From a virus: a stretch of DNA of 64,000 nt. The stretch is taken from positions 3,925 through 67,924 of IMG/VR virus record IMGVR_UViG_3300031463_000006. One strand, given 5' to 3'. Position numbers and translations under genes: made by a program. This document shows positions 1-9,479 of this stretch, piece by piece. How positions within the stretch are numbered: position 1 is the stretch's first letter; each line of letters opens with the position of its first letter. A model generated the notes under the pieces. That model saw only the letters and a program-made list of their open reading frames with translations, did no database searches and was not told where the DNA came from.

Positions 1-711
1 GACCGTTTCGGAATCAGCGTATGCTTGCCCGTTCGTGCCGCGTAGCGACGGAATGACGGCATAGTTTGCGTTCGGCATGGGTCGCGCAAACACAACATCA
101 ACAACACCTGTCGAAATCCAAACTGCGCCGGCAATGTTGAACCCTTGCACAACCGTTGCTGGCCCACCAATCGCAACTGCGACGCGCCCGCATGCCCAAG
201 ATTTCCCTTTGTAGATGCGCTTGAGAACCTCTTGCCATCGTTGCCGTTCCTGCGCCCAACCTCGAGCGTTGCCAAGCGGGAACACGGCGTCGGGCACGTT
301 GTGTTCGGTCGTCTCGCGAAACGCCATTTCTCGCCGCGGTAGTTCGGCAGGGTCGCTCGCAAGCGCGTTGAGTGTCGGCCCGGCATAGAACGTTATGCGT
401 GCGATGTCGTCTGGAAGCGCGCCAAGTCCAGCACCCGAATCGACGACAACCTGTACATAGTAGGTGCCTTCGATGTCGATCGGCTGCATCTGTGTGATGG
501 GTGCATTCGGCGCCGTGAGCAACGCAACCGACTGTGTGCCGAGTGCGATGTCGACCGTCTTGTCAATGATGCTCCACTGATACGCGAGATATGGCCCGCC
601 AATCGCTGTGAGCTGCACGGGGAACCCAAGCACGAGATCTTCTCGTGCACGTCCAGGCACACCCATCGGTGCGCCAGAGCCTGGTTGATCGATTTGAATC
701 TGCACTGACAT
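1..711 (-). CDS. Tail-associated Ig/PKD-like protein, runs off the left edge (not in the supplied ORF track)
   Basis: Manual translation from the ATG at 711 is open to base 1: MSVQIQIDQPG...YQWSII...GTYYVQVVV...VVFARPMPNANYAV. It follows the baseplate genes. Confidence 0.6.
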   Translation of the reverse strand, partial: MSVQIQIDQPGSGAPMGVPGRAREDLVLGFPVQLTAIGGPYLAYQWSIIDKTVDIALGTQSVALLTAPNAPITQMQPIDIEGTYYVQVVVDSGAGLGALPDDIARITFYAGPTLNALASDPAELPRREMAFRETTEHNVPDAVFPLGNARGWAQERQRWQEVLKRIYKGKSWACGRVAVAIGGPATVVQGFNIAGAVWISTGVVDVVFARPMPNANYAVIPSLRGTNGQAYADSETV

Positions 712-838
712 GCGACGAGCTTACCACGTCTTGCCGCCCGACGAACGTTCCACCGCACGACCATGACGCGCCCCGTGAGCGACAACCCATGCCGACTCGG
801 TTGTCGCGTTCTCGGGCCAATTCCGCCCGACGGCGCCG

Positions 839-1135
839 TCAGTAGTCGCGATCCTCGGCGCTTGCGTTGCCCGTGCTTTTCTTCCCGCCACCAAACGACA
901 CTTCGGCCTCGAGCGGGTCGCTCAAGTCGCACTTGAGCGCAAGCGAGAAATTGAACGGCAGGGGCAACGAGAAGTTTGGGAAGGGAATGTTCAGCGCAAA
1001 ATGGATGCTGAATGATGGCGGAATCTTGAACCCGCAAATGTCAGCCGCCGTCGGGCTTGGCGGGAAACTGATGTCAGCCTGCACGATGGCTTGATCTTCA
1101 GGCGGCGGAGCATCAGGCGGTGGAGGCGAACCCAT
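839..1135 (-). CDS. Hypothetical Pro-rich protein in the baseplate region
   Basis: AGGA-type RBS upstream; directly follows the spike gene. Confidence 0.55.
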   Translation of the reverse strand: MGSPPPPDAPPPEDQAIVQADISFPPSPTAADICGFKIPPSFSIHFALNIPFPNFSLPLPFNFSLALKCDLSDPLEAEVSFGGGKKSTGNASAEDRDY

Positions 1136-1147
1136 GATGCATTATCC

Positions 1148-2206
1148 TCATCCGGCCAGAAAGCCAGCGCAACCGATCCCAGGCATGAGCTGCCCTTGCC
1201 CCGGCACACCTGGCGGCTTCAACGTTGCGCTTGTGAATGCGCCGAATAGTGCAGCCGCAACGGCCGCATTGAGCGATGAATGCGCAGCAACTGATGCGCC
1301 AGGTGCAATACACGAAGCTGAAAATGCCGGATCAACAAACAACGCCGAAAGTGCATTCGGTGTAACAGGATTTGGAAGCGTTAACATAAGCAGCCCAAGC
1401 GTATTCATGATCTGCGCAAGCAGATTGCAGAATGCTTCGGTTGTCAAGACGTGTTCAACGGCCGTAATGATGCTTTGCCCTGCCGCCGTTACAGCGAACG
1501 TGCTTGGTACCTGAAGCACACTTTGTGGATTGCTTCCGCCACCATCACCAGAAAGTGTCAATTGTGCGTTGCCGATGGCGAGATTGAATCGCTTGGCATT
1601 CATGTCGAGTTGCAACACTATATCGCCATCGCCATTTTGAAAGCCGAACACGTCTGGCGACATTTGAAGCACGTTCTTTGCCGAGTCGCGCAACGTGACG
1701 TTGCCCTGTCCCGAAAGTAGCAAAAATGCTCCCGCGGCCGCGCTTCGTACCATGACCGAAGCTCCCGATTCGATCGTGAGCGCAGTGCGCGTGCGAAACA
1801 CGGCAAAGCTATTCTTCGTCGGGTCTGCGCCGGCAACGCTATCGAATGGGAAGGCGTCATAGGCATTGTTCAGCCGCGCGATGATGACGGCACCCGCACG
1901 AAAGTGTCCCTCTGGAATCGCAACCAGCACCTCGTCGCCTGGAACCAGCGGGAAAAAACACGCCTCGCCCGGGCCAGCGAAAAGTTGCCCTACGCGGCAA
2001 CGAATCGGCGTGTCGTAGGGCTTGAGCAACACGTTCGCGTATACCTGCCCGTCATCGCGATCAAACTCAATTGCTTGTTCGTCTTCACCGGCACCCGCTT
2101 CATCGACGACGCCATATGAGATCCAAACACGCGGATCGATGCCCGGTACAGCGAACGCTTGTGCCAGCGTTGTTTGATCGGTCTGTCGCCCCGTCGGAAA
2201 CATCAA
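1148..2206 (-). CDS. Baseplate spike protein (gpV/gp5 OB-fold-like)
   Basis: N-terminal 'G..FPLVPGDEVLVAIPEG...AVIIARL' is typical of gpV OB folds, followed by beta-rich repeats. Start overlaps the hub stop. Confidence 0.7.
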   Translation of the reverse strand: MMFPTGRQTDQTTLAQAFAVPGIDPRVWISYGVVDEAGAGEDEQAIEFDRDDGQVYANVLLKPYDTPIRCRVGQLFAGPGEACFFPLVPGDEVLVAIPEGHFRAGAVIIARLNNAYDAFPFDSVAGADPTKNSFAVFRTRTALTIESGASVMVRSAAAGAFLLLSGQGNVTLRDSAKNVLQMSPDVFGFQNGDGDIVLQLDMNAKRFNLAIGNAQLTLSGDGGGSNPQSVLQVPSTFAVTAAGQSIITAVEHVLTTEAFCNLLAQIMNTLGLLMLTLPNPVTPNALSALFVDPAFSASCIAPGASVAAHSSLNAAVAAALFGAFTSATLKPPGVPGQGQLMPGIGCAGFLAG

Positions 2207-3996
2207 TCCTTGCCTCCCCCTCGCAGCAAACTGGCGATGCTAAAGTTGTGCGCGGCATCGATGATCGTGCGCAAGATGCTCTCTGGCGATTGCCCGGGAT
2301 CTGGTTCTTCGCCGCGCGGTAGGCTATCACCGCGTAGCTCGATGTAGTTGATTGCTGTGATAGCAATGTCCAATCCGCGTTCGATATCCCATCCGAAGTC
2401 GATGCGCTTTACGCGAAAGTATGGCTGCATCACCGCGTTCTGTCGCGCAACACCATACGCTTGCGCGAACTCGTCTGTGTAACCAAGCTTGCGCATGTAT
2501 TCGGCCGCTCGAGCTTCCGTCGTTTGTGCTTGTTCTACTTCCGACGCGATGTTTAGCTGCGCCGTCTGTACATCTTCTGTTACCTCGAATTGAATGGTAT
2601 CCCCTGCTTTCAGATCAAGCACATCAGGATCAAGTGCACTGCCGCCGAACGAACCAAGATCTCGCGTGCGCAGGTTTAGCTCGATCTCGTTGCGACCAAG
2701 TTGTTCGTAGATCGCTTGCGCAATTTTGCGCAATGTAGATAGGTCTTCGATACCAGGAAAGAAAAATTGCGCGATCGTTTCGTCGGGCAAGATCACGCCA
2801 GGAAGCCCGCGTTCCAATCGCTCCGCCTTAAACGGATAGCGCACTACAAGGTATCGCTTAAGCTTCGTGCTGTAGCTGCGCACCTCGATTGTCTTTGGCC
2901 CGGCAACCGTGTACTTTCGCTTCATTGAGAATTCGGCAACGTTGCGCCCATAAACGAACAATCGATACGGTAGCGCTCGTCCATTAACGCCTTCGCGCGC
3001 GTAGGGATCTTCTTCTCGCTTTGGGAATTTGTTCGAGTAGATGGTGCGCGGCATCTGAATGATGAGCGTACTTGTCATTCCATCAAATCGCACGACCAAT
3101 CCAAGGTGCGCCGCAATGTCCGACAAGTAATCGAGCACCGACATCTTACCGCCCATCATACCGGGCGGACCGAACGGCGTTCGAAAGCTCGCTTTCTGCG
3201 CCGCAGATTGATATGCCGGTGCTTGCGTTCCTGCCGGTAGATACTGCACGCTGATGCCCGCAAACTGTGGGAACACGGCAAGATACTTCGCGAACGCCTT
3301 GTCGAGCGGTAGCTTCGGATCGATCGTCAACATCGGCGGCGCCTCGGTATCGATCAAAATCGATCCGTTGTCTCGGCATTGAAGACGCACAATCGGTGCG
3401 CCTTCGCTCCAAACAACTTCCCACTCGTCAACCCAACCACTAAATCGTAGGTTCGTTCGTTGTCTGCCAAAGCCGTCGACGTATTCGGTCGGAATAATGT
3501 TCAGGGGTTCTCGTTCGCCCGTCGATGTCGTGCGTGTTTGCCCGGCAATTCCCGCCGCAAAATCACTCGCCGTTACGGTGCCGAGGTAGAAGTCAACGGC
3601 TACACCTCGCACCATGCGCGGTTCGACCGGCAAGTCGCTGAACGCAATTTCCAAGGTAAGCGTGCTTGCTGTGCGAATACCGTTGATCGCGAGCGTTGCG
3701 CGAAGCGGAATGATGCCCGTTATCGGTTGCGTCATCGAATCGCCACCGATGCTAAGCAGCGATGGGCGCAGCTTGCTTGGCTTCTCGGTGGAACCTTTCG
3801 GTACAAGAACAATCTTTCCGCCCTCGTCTTTCATGTCCAATGCAAGCGGATACTTGTTGGACAATCGCGACACGGGCTTTATATACGGCATGCGATTGAA
3901 TCGCTTGCGTTTCGGATCATCGAATCGTACTACGAAACTAACGCGAGCGCTTGGATAGTAACTTTGCTCGGGATACTCCAATTCGCCCGTCGTCAT
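2203..3996 (-). CDS. Baseplate hub protein (gp27/GpD-like)
   Basis: 'FSGWVDEWEV...LQCRD' and 'LDLKAGDTIQF...FRVKRIDFGWD..G' patterns; lies between the LysM and spike genes. Confidence 0.65.
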   Translation of the reverse strand: MTTGELEYPEQSYYPSARVSFVVRFDDPKRKRFNRMPYIKPVSRLSNKYPLALDMKDEGGKIVLVPKGSTEKPSKLRPSLLSIGGDSMTQPITGIIPLRATLAINGIRTASTLTLEIAFSDLPVEPRMVRGVAVDFYLGTVTASDFAAGIAGQTRTTSTGEREPLNIIPTEYVDGFGRQRTNLRFSGWVDEWEVVWSEGAPIVRLQCRDNGSILIDTEAPPMLTIDPKLPLDKAFAKYLAVFPQFAGISVQYLPAGTQAPAYQSAAQKASFRTPFGPPGMMGGKMSVLDYLSDIAAHLGLVVRFDGMTSTLIIQMPRTIYSNKFPKREEDPYAREGVNGRALPYRLFVYGRNVAEFSMKRKYTVAGPKTIEVRSYSTKLKRYLVVRYPFKAERLERGLPGVILPDETIAQFFFPGIEDLSTLRKIAQAIYEQLGRNEIELNLRTRDLGSFGGSALDPDVLDLKAGDTIQFEVTEDVQTAQLNIASEVEQAQTTEARAAEYMRKLGYTDEFAQAYGVARQNAVMQPYFRVKRIDFGWDIERGLDIAITAINYIELRGDSLPRGEEPDPGQSPESILRTIIDAAHNFSIASLLRGGGKD

Positions 3997-4003
3997 GCGT
4001 CAC

Positions 4004-5353
4004 CTACGGTGTATAAGGATATTGTTGACCAATTCCGTTCGGTAGCGTCGGATTCTGGGACAACGCCGGTTTGATTGGCGGCTTCGCCTTGCCAGCCTGT
4101 ATTGCTCCAATTCCCTTGTATGGCGGAATGATCAACACCTTGCCAACTGGCGGCGTTGCCGTCTTGAACGAAAGGTTGTTTGCATAAGCGATGTCAGCAG
4201 CTCCGTCAGGCATTCCGTAAAATCGCTGACTGATACCGATGAGCGTATCGCCAGGACGCACGATGTACACGTCGGTTTGCATTTGTTCGCCACCGGTGTG
4301 CTTGTGCGGTTTTTGATATGGCCCAAGATTCTTCGTGCCTTTGCCATCGATGCCGGTTCCAGCCCGTTGTGCTTGCGTCGCGCGGAATTGTTCCCGCGCA
4401 TTGCTTGCCTCGCGGGCAACGCGCATTGACGAATCCAAGCCACCCTTGAAGTAACTTGCTGTGCGAGTCAAGCTGCCGAGCCGTTGTTGCGTGTCGTAAT
4501 AATCTGGCGGGGTTCGCGTACAATCGTCGTAGAACTTTATTGCCGATTGTACAGCGGTTGTCGCAATATCAATTGCTTGGTTCGTAACCTCGAACGGCAA
4601 GTTTGCAGCTTTGCCGATCAAATCACCAAGTGTGCGAACACGATTGCTGATTCGGTTGCATGATTGCGCAAAATCTCGCATGAGCTTACTTGGCGCACTA
4701 AGCATTGCATCCAATTGCTCCAACGAGAACGTGTTTGCGCTTCGTGGAATTGTACGCCTTGTCAACTGAATCTGTGTGTTGTTTACAGATTCGTCTACTG
4801 CAAGCAGAACGAGATCAAGCGAGTTGAGTGACTGCGTTGCCGCACCATCGTTTCGAAGTGCAACGCGATCTTGTCCGAGTCCACGCCCAATCCAATCCCA
4901 CGTTACCTTCCAAACGATATCGTCAATGCGATCGTAAGCAAAATCCCAATCGCTTGCACGTCCTTGCCGACTGATTTGTTGCGGCGTAACAAATGGATTT
5001 TCGTTGTCAACGGCCCAAGTGACTTCGAGCAATACGCCGCTGCGAAAGATGTCCTCGAGCACAAGCGCGAGCGAATGCGCGAACGCGAGCTTCATCGAGG
5101 AACCGCCCTCTTCGTAGATCGCAGGCGACCTAACAAGGCGTGTCGTGTTCCATTCGCCGCTCCATTGCGATTGCGCTTCGATCGGCCCGATGACTTGTTG
5201 TGACGCTTGCGCAATGTTGCCGGGATACCACGTCGTAACAAGCCGTTGCTTGCCCGGCCAGTTTGCACCGCGTTTAGGCAATCCCGCGCCAACAAGCCGA
5301 AGCGTTCGTTTACGCCCGGCCAACTCCTTGATGATGATCTCGCTACTTGCCAC
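4004..5353 (-). CDS. Tail tube initiator / LysM-domain baseplate protein
   Basis: C-terminal LysM domain 'YIVRPGDTLIGISQRFYG...IAYANNL...VGKVLIIP'; downstream of the tape measure gene. Confidence 0.75.
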   Translation of the reverse strand: MASSEIIIKELAGRKRTLRLVGAGLPKRGANWPGKQRLVTTWYPGNIAQASQQVIGPIEAQSQWSGEWNTTRLVRSPAIYEEGGSSMKLAFAHSLALVLEDIFRSGVLLEVTWAVDNENPFVTPQQISRQGRASDWDFAYDRIDDIVWKVTWDWIGRGLGQDRVALRNDGAATQSLNSLDLVLLAVDESVNNTQIQLTRRTIPRSANTFSLEQLDAMLSAPSKLMRDFAQSCNRISNRVRTLGDLIGKAANLPFEVTNQAIDIATTAVQSAIKFYDDCTRTPPDYYDTQQRLGSLTRTASYFKGGLDSSMRVAREASNAREQFRATQAQRAGTGIDGKGTKNLGPYQKPHKHTGGEQMQTDVYIVRPGDTLIGISQRFYGMPDGAADIAYANNLSFKTATPPVGKVLIIPPYKGIGAIQAGKAKPPIKPALSQNPTLPNGIGQQYPYTP

Positions 5354-5430
5354 GCCACAAGTTTACATCGGGCAACGGCAAAGGCGAATAGCGACCGTGC
5401 TTCTTGTGAGCGGTCGCTGATACAGATGCG

Positions 5431-5979
5431 TCAGCGAATACGGCCTCGGCCGCCGACCATGTTTCGCGCCCAAGCTGCAAGCGGGGGCATGAGTGCACCT
5501 CGGCCACGGCCGCCTTTACCGCGACCCATTCGGCCACGTCCCGTGCCAGACGGCTTGTCGTCATCTTCGTCATCGTATTCGTCTTCGTCGTCGCCCTCGC
5601 CGCCGCGTTCGTCGTATTCGTCTTCGTCGTCGCCCTCGCCGCCGCGTTCGTCAAGCATATCGGAATCGCGATCACCTTCGGCACGGCCGCCTCGGCCACG
5701 ACCCATTCCTTCTCGCTTCTTTTCATCCTCATCATCGTCGAAGGATTCATCGTCAGGGCCTTCGCCAGAATGCGCATGCTCGGCTTCTTCTTCTTGCGCC
5801 CAATCGACAAGGGCGCCTTCGCCGCCCTTCTCGTCTTCAAGCGCAAGCCCACCGGACGCGGCATTCAAGGCGGCCATCGTGTCGTCGCCAAGTTGCTGTG
5901 GGTCGATTACGATTACATCGGGGTTTTCCGCCAGCTCGGGCGGGAGATTTTCGGGCAATCCGATGACGATAATTTTCAT
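5431..5979 (-). CDS. Acidic, RG-rich low-complexity protein with C-terminal PLAAWARNMVGG motif
   Basis: AGGAG RBS; D/E-rich tracts and GRG repeats. Confidence 0.65.
   Translation of the reverse strand: MKIIVIGLPENLPPELAENPDVIVIDPQQLGDDTMAALNAASGGLALEDEKGGEGALVDWAQEEEAEHAHSGEGPDDESFDDDEDEKKREGMGRGRGGRAEGDRDSDMLDERGGEGDDEDEYDERGGEGDDEDEYDDEDDDKPSGTGRGRMGRGKGGRGRGALMPPLAAWARNMVGGRGRIR
5573..5652. repeat. 39-bp tandem duplication encoding DERGGEGDDEDEY twice
   Basis: The unit tcgtattcgtcttcgtcgtcgccctcgccgccgcgttcg starts at 5573 and again at 5612. Confidence 0.9.
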
Positions 5980-6028
5980 GGTCGTTCTCCTAGGTTGAAA
6001 TTACCGCAACCAAGCGGCCTTGTGCAAG

Positions 6029-8041
6029 TCATCCGCCGAATGGCAACGCGGTCCGTGCCTGCAATCTGCTCTCGGCGGCTCGCGCAATATCACGCTGGAA
6101 AATAACGGCAATGCGATCGGGGTCTTGGTCGCGGAAATCTTGCTTGATTTGAAACACTTGTCCGCCGTTGAAAATATTGTTTGCAACCGGACCCTCGGTT
6201 TTCGCAGCCTTCTCTTGTTCGCCGAGCTTTGTCTTGACCTTATCAACGAAATCCTTTGCTCGGTCACCAATAATATCGGCAAGCTCTGCAAGTCCTTTGC
6301 TAATGTCATCGCCTCCTTGCAACAGCGCAATTTGCAATCGCTTGTTTCCGATAACAATCTGCGCCGCCGCTTCCATGGCAGCCTTGTTTCCCGCCGCGGA
6401 CACTTCGCTATAATTCTTCATGAATAGATCAAGAGCTTCCTGTGTTTGCCGTGCGGCTGCTACCTGATCTTCTTCACTTCGCGAAGCGATGTCGGACGGT
6501 ATACGATTCAAAAATGCTTCGGCGCGTTGCATATCGCGTGTTGCGTCTACAAGTGCTTTATGCTCGCGATATAGCGCATCGATGCGCTCGCCAACCGCGG
6601 CCGCATTCTGGCCAGCCGCTTCGGCTTCTTGAATTGCTTTCGCGCGAATGTAATCGTAATCCTTAGCTTGTTGTACGGATAGAACGTGATAATCCTTTGC
6701 AAGCCGTTCAAAGGCGCCAACTCGAGCCGTTACGTTTTCTTCGGCCATTCCTGCACTTGGGGTTAGGTGTCCGTGCGTTTCGTCGAGATACTTCGAGAAT
6801 TGCCAAACCGCCGCCGTTACAGCCCCAAGCGCAAGTGCGAACGCGCCAAGCGTTATTGCCATGCCTCCAAGTCCGGCCGCAGCTCCACTTGCAGCAATCC
6901 CAAGCTCCGGAATGCCCGTTTTGGCAAGCGTTGTTAGCGCCCGCCCAAATTCCAAGACACTCTTCGTTCCCTCAATTGCCGGCGTAGCTGCCTTCGTCGC
7001 TACAACACCAAGCGTAAGTGCAGTCTTATGCTCGATCGCAAAATCAATAACTGACTTTGCGAACTCAAATGCTTCCTTAATTGCGGCTTTAATTTCCTCG
7101 GCGTGCGATTGCACATATTTGAACCCCTCTTCGATTTTCTTCGCCGCCTCTGTAATCCATTCGCCCGCTTTCTCGCCAACCATCTTTGCATACTTCTCGA
7201 TGGCTCCGCGGTTCTCCATGATTTTATCGTACAAATTCTTGAAGGCCGGCGTTATAGCGCGCACCATCGGTTCTCCGATCATGCGCATAACGTCGGTTTT
7301 CATATCGTGCAGCATGTTACCCATGTCCTTCAAGGTCATGGGCATTTTCTTCGCGCGCTCCTGCATTTCTTTGAGCGCTTTCAACATTAAATTCAACATG
7401 CCTTGCCGACCCATCGTTTGTAGCCGCAAGGCAATTTGTTCATTGTGGCCTCGCATCAGGTTGGCTTGCTTCACCATTTCGATAAGCGGGTTTGACGCAC
7501 TAATGGTGTTCTTCTCGATCTCACCAAAGCCTTTCACAATATCGCCAACCGGGGCAGGAAGCGCGCGAGCTGCACTTGTTACCTTGCCCATCAGATCAAG
7601 AACCTGCTCCTTTGTGCGCGACGTGTTTGCACCGAGCTCGCTGAATGCCGCAACAATCTCGCCTCGAGCAACACCCGATTCGATGCTCATTTTACGAATT
7701 GTCTCGTAGGCATCCTTCGCGCGTTTGTCGAATCCTTCGAGGCCAACACCACGCTCGGCACTCATGCCAGCAATCGTTTTCGTTAGCGCGCGCATTTGTT
7801 CTTGGCCTTCCAAGGCTGCGCGCACTGCACCGGTTGCAATGTCTTGAATGCCGCCGACAATGTTGCCGATGTTTACGCCGATTGCCATCGCCGCGGTTTG
7901 CGAAGCGAACGCCAACACACGCGACTGCACCGTATTGACCGTAGCTTCAACCCGCTTGAACCCGCTCTGAATCTTGGCAAGCGTTGCACTCGCTAGATCA
8001 TCTAGCTTTAGCTCGGTTCGAACCTCGGTCTTAGCGGCCAT
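6029..8041 (-). CDS. Tape measure protein
   Basis: 670-aa Ala-rich helical protein after the tail chaperones; N-terminus 'ELKLDDLASATLAKI'. Confidence 0.75.
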   Translation of the reverse strand: MAAKTEVRTELKLDDLASATLAKIQSGFKRVEATVNTVQSRVLAFASQTAAMAIGVNIGNIVGGIQDIATGAVRAALEGQEQMRALTKTIAGMSAERGVGLEGFDKRAKDAYETIRKMSIESGVARGEIVAAFSELGANTSRTKEQVLDLMGKVTSAARALPAPVGDIVKGFGEIEKNTISASNPLIEMVKQANLMRGHNEQIALRLQTMGRQGMLNLMLKALKEMQERAKKMPMTLKDMGNMLHDMKTDVMRMIGEPMVRAITPAFKNLYDKIMENRGAIEKYAKMVGEKAGEWITEAAKKIEEGFKYVQSHAEEIKAAIKEAFEFAKSVIDFAIEHKTALTLGVVATKAATPAIEGTKSVLEFGRALTTLAKTGIPELGIAASGAAAGLGGMAITLGAFALALGAVTAAVWQFSKYLDETHGHLTPSAGMAEENVTARVGAFERLAKDYHVLSVQQAKDYDYIRAKAIQEAEAAGQNAAAVGERIDALYREHKALVDATRDMQRAEAFLNRIPSDIASRSEEDQVAAARQTQEALDLFMKNYSEVSAAGNKAAMEAAAQIVIGNKRLQIALLQGGDDISKGLAELADIIGDRAKDFVDKVKTKLGEQEKAAKTEGPVANNIFNGGQVFQIKQDFRDQDPDRIAVIFQRDIARAAESRLQARTALPFGG

Positions 8042-8402
8042 CGCTGTCTTTCTCGTATTGTTCGATTTGACGTTTCGCCGCGGCGTTCTCTTCTTGTAGT
8101 AGCTCAGCTAGCACAGCCACGTATTGACGCACCAATCGCCCGTCCATGTTCTCCCATTGCGTTACGGGTTGCCTCCCCCATCGCGCCAAGAACACGTGTC
8201 GGCGCAACCGTTGACGCTCGAGCTCGTCCGGGTCTAACGCCGATGCAATTGCCATCGCAAAGGTCGCATCAACATAGCGCGATCCCGTGCGGAGCACGAG
8301 TATTCGTAACTCGTGCTCCACAACATCGGGATCTTGTAGGTGCGCACCATCCTCTGTGTACCTTAGCCAGCCGTTCTTACTGCGACGCACTGCTCGAAAA
8401 AA
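8031..8402 (-). CDS. Tail assembly chaperone, frameshift extension (gpT-like part)
   Basis: Lies in the -1 frame relative to 8363..8899 and is entered through the slippery T TTT TTC at 8402-8396. Confidence 0.65.
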   Translation of the reverse strand, partial: FFRAVRRSKNGWLRYTEDGAHLQDPDVVEHELRILVLRTGSRYVDATFAMAIASALDPDELERQRLRRHVFLARWGRQPVTQWENMDGRLVRQYVAVLAELLQEENAAAKRQIEQYEKDSDGR

Positions 8403-8899
8403 TCACGCAGTTCCTCATCGCTCGCAAGATGCATTTGCGTGTAAACGCGCATGAGAATGTTGCGCCCTTTCGGCCCAATCTCGCGCCAAAATTCATCAAC
8501 CGACCCTGGCCCTCGAGGTTTACTCCAATCCACAACAACCCCATCCACGGCGCGCAACATTTGCTTCGAGTACTCGGCCGCTGCCCGGTTCGGCTTGCCA
8601 TCGCATCGATCGGCCGCGAGCTTTTCTTCTCCGTCGGTCAACGACCATGCGATGCACTGTCGATCGCCTTTCGATGGCGTGTCGGTAAGCGAAGCCGGGA
8701 ACCGCAAGAACACGATCTGCTTACCACGCGGCACCTTCAAGTGCTTCGGCATGATTACCCAATCGGGCACATCATCGCCTTGCGCTTCTGGGATCTTCGG
8801 AGCCGGCTTTACCGCTTCGGCAGATTCGGCTTCTGGTTCAACCGTCGCTTCGGGTTCTTCGTCAAGCACGATGCTCGACAATTTGCGTACATCCTCCAT
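8363..8899 (-). CDS. Tail assembly chaperone (gpG-like)
   Basis: GGGAGG RBS before the ATG at 8899 (MEDVRK); lies between tube and tape measure genes. Confidence 0.7.
   Translation of the reverse strand: MEDVRKLSSIVLDEEPEATVEPEAESAEAVKPAPKIPEAQGDDVPDWVIMPKHLKVPRGKQIVFLRFPASLTDTPSKGDRQCIAWSLTDGEEKLAADRCDGKPNRAAAEYSKQMLRAVDGVVVDWSKPRGPGSVDEFWREIGPKGRNILMRVYTQMHLASDEELRDFFEQCVAVRTAG
8396..8402 (-). other. Programmed -1 ribosomal frameshift site (T TTT TTC)
   Basis: In-frame GAT TTT TTC GAG; a -1 slip gives DFFRAVRRSKNGWLRY and joins the downstream ORF. Confidence 0.75.
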
Positions 8900-9018
8900 C
8901 GCATCCTCCCGTTTCGATAGAGGATGCGGGTCACGGCTGGGAGGTGCCTCGCTCGTCAGCGCTGCGCGCCGCAACCCGCATCCATCCTTGCAAGCGCGCC
9001 GTCGCGCGCGGGGTTTAC

Positions 9019-9471
9019 TCACAGCACAGAGTTGAGCAACTGCTCATCGCGATCGCTTGCACTAAAATCAAGCGTTACCTTTACGAACTCGCCACGTCCC
9101 GCAACACTTGTCGGCGATGGACCGAATTTGCAATCGCTATACGTAATGACTGACGTTTGCCCGTTCGCGTAATAGTCTGTGCGAACCATGTTGATTACGG
9201 TTTCCGGTTGCTTGCGTTGCGCTTGTAACTTGATCGCATTCTGCAACTGAATCCAATCGTTCGTGTTGACTTGAAACTCTACTTTGCCATCGATACCGTT
9301 GTAGATGTGGTCGTATCGATTCGTTGTCTCGCCCAAGAACCCATCTTCCTTCTTCTCGAGCTTGAATGTTTCCTCGAACGTCGCAATCGCTGTAATGGTT
9401 GCCTCGGGTGTACCATCACGCACGATACGAACCTCGACTTCTTGACCTCGGAGCCTCGGATCGTTGCTCAT
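9019..9471 (-). CDS. Tail tube protein
   Basis: 150-aa beta-rich protein directly after the sheath gene. Confidence 0.75.
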   Translation of the reverse strand: MSNDPRLRGQEVEVRIVRDGTPEATITAIATFEETFKLEKKEDGFLGETTNRYDHIYNGIDGKVEFQVNTNDWIQLQNAIKLQAQRKQPETVINMVRTDYYANGQTSVITYSDCKFGPSPTSVAGRGEFVKVTLDFSASDRDEQLLNSVL

Positions 9472-9479
9472 TGTTCACC

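Noticed and set aside
393-1037. 214-aa minus-strand ORF from the track
   Set aside because: Arg/Ser-rich off-frame translation; the frame starting at 711 gives a coherent protein.
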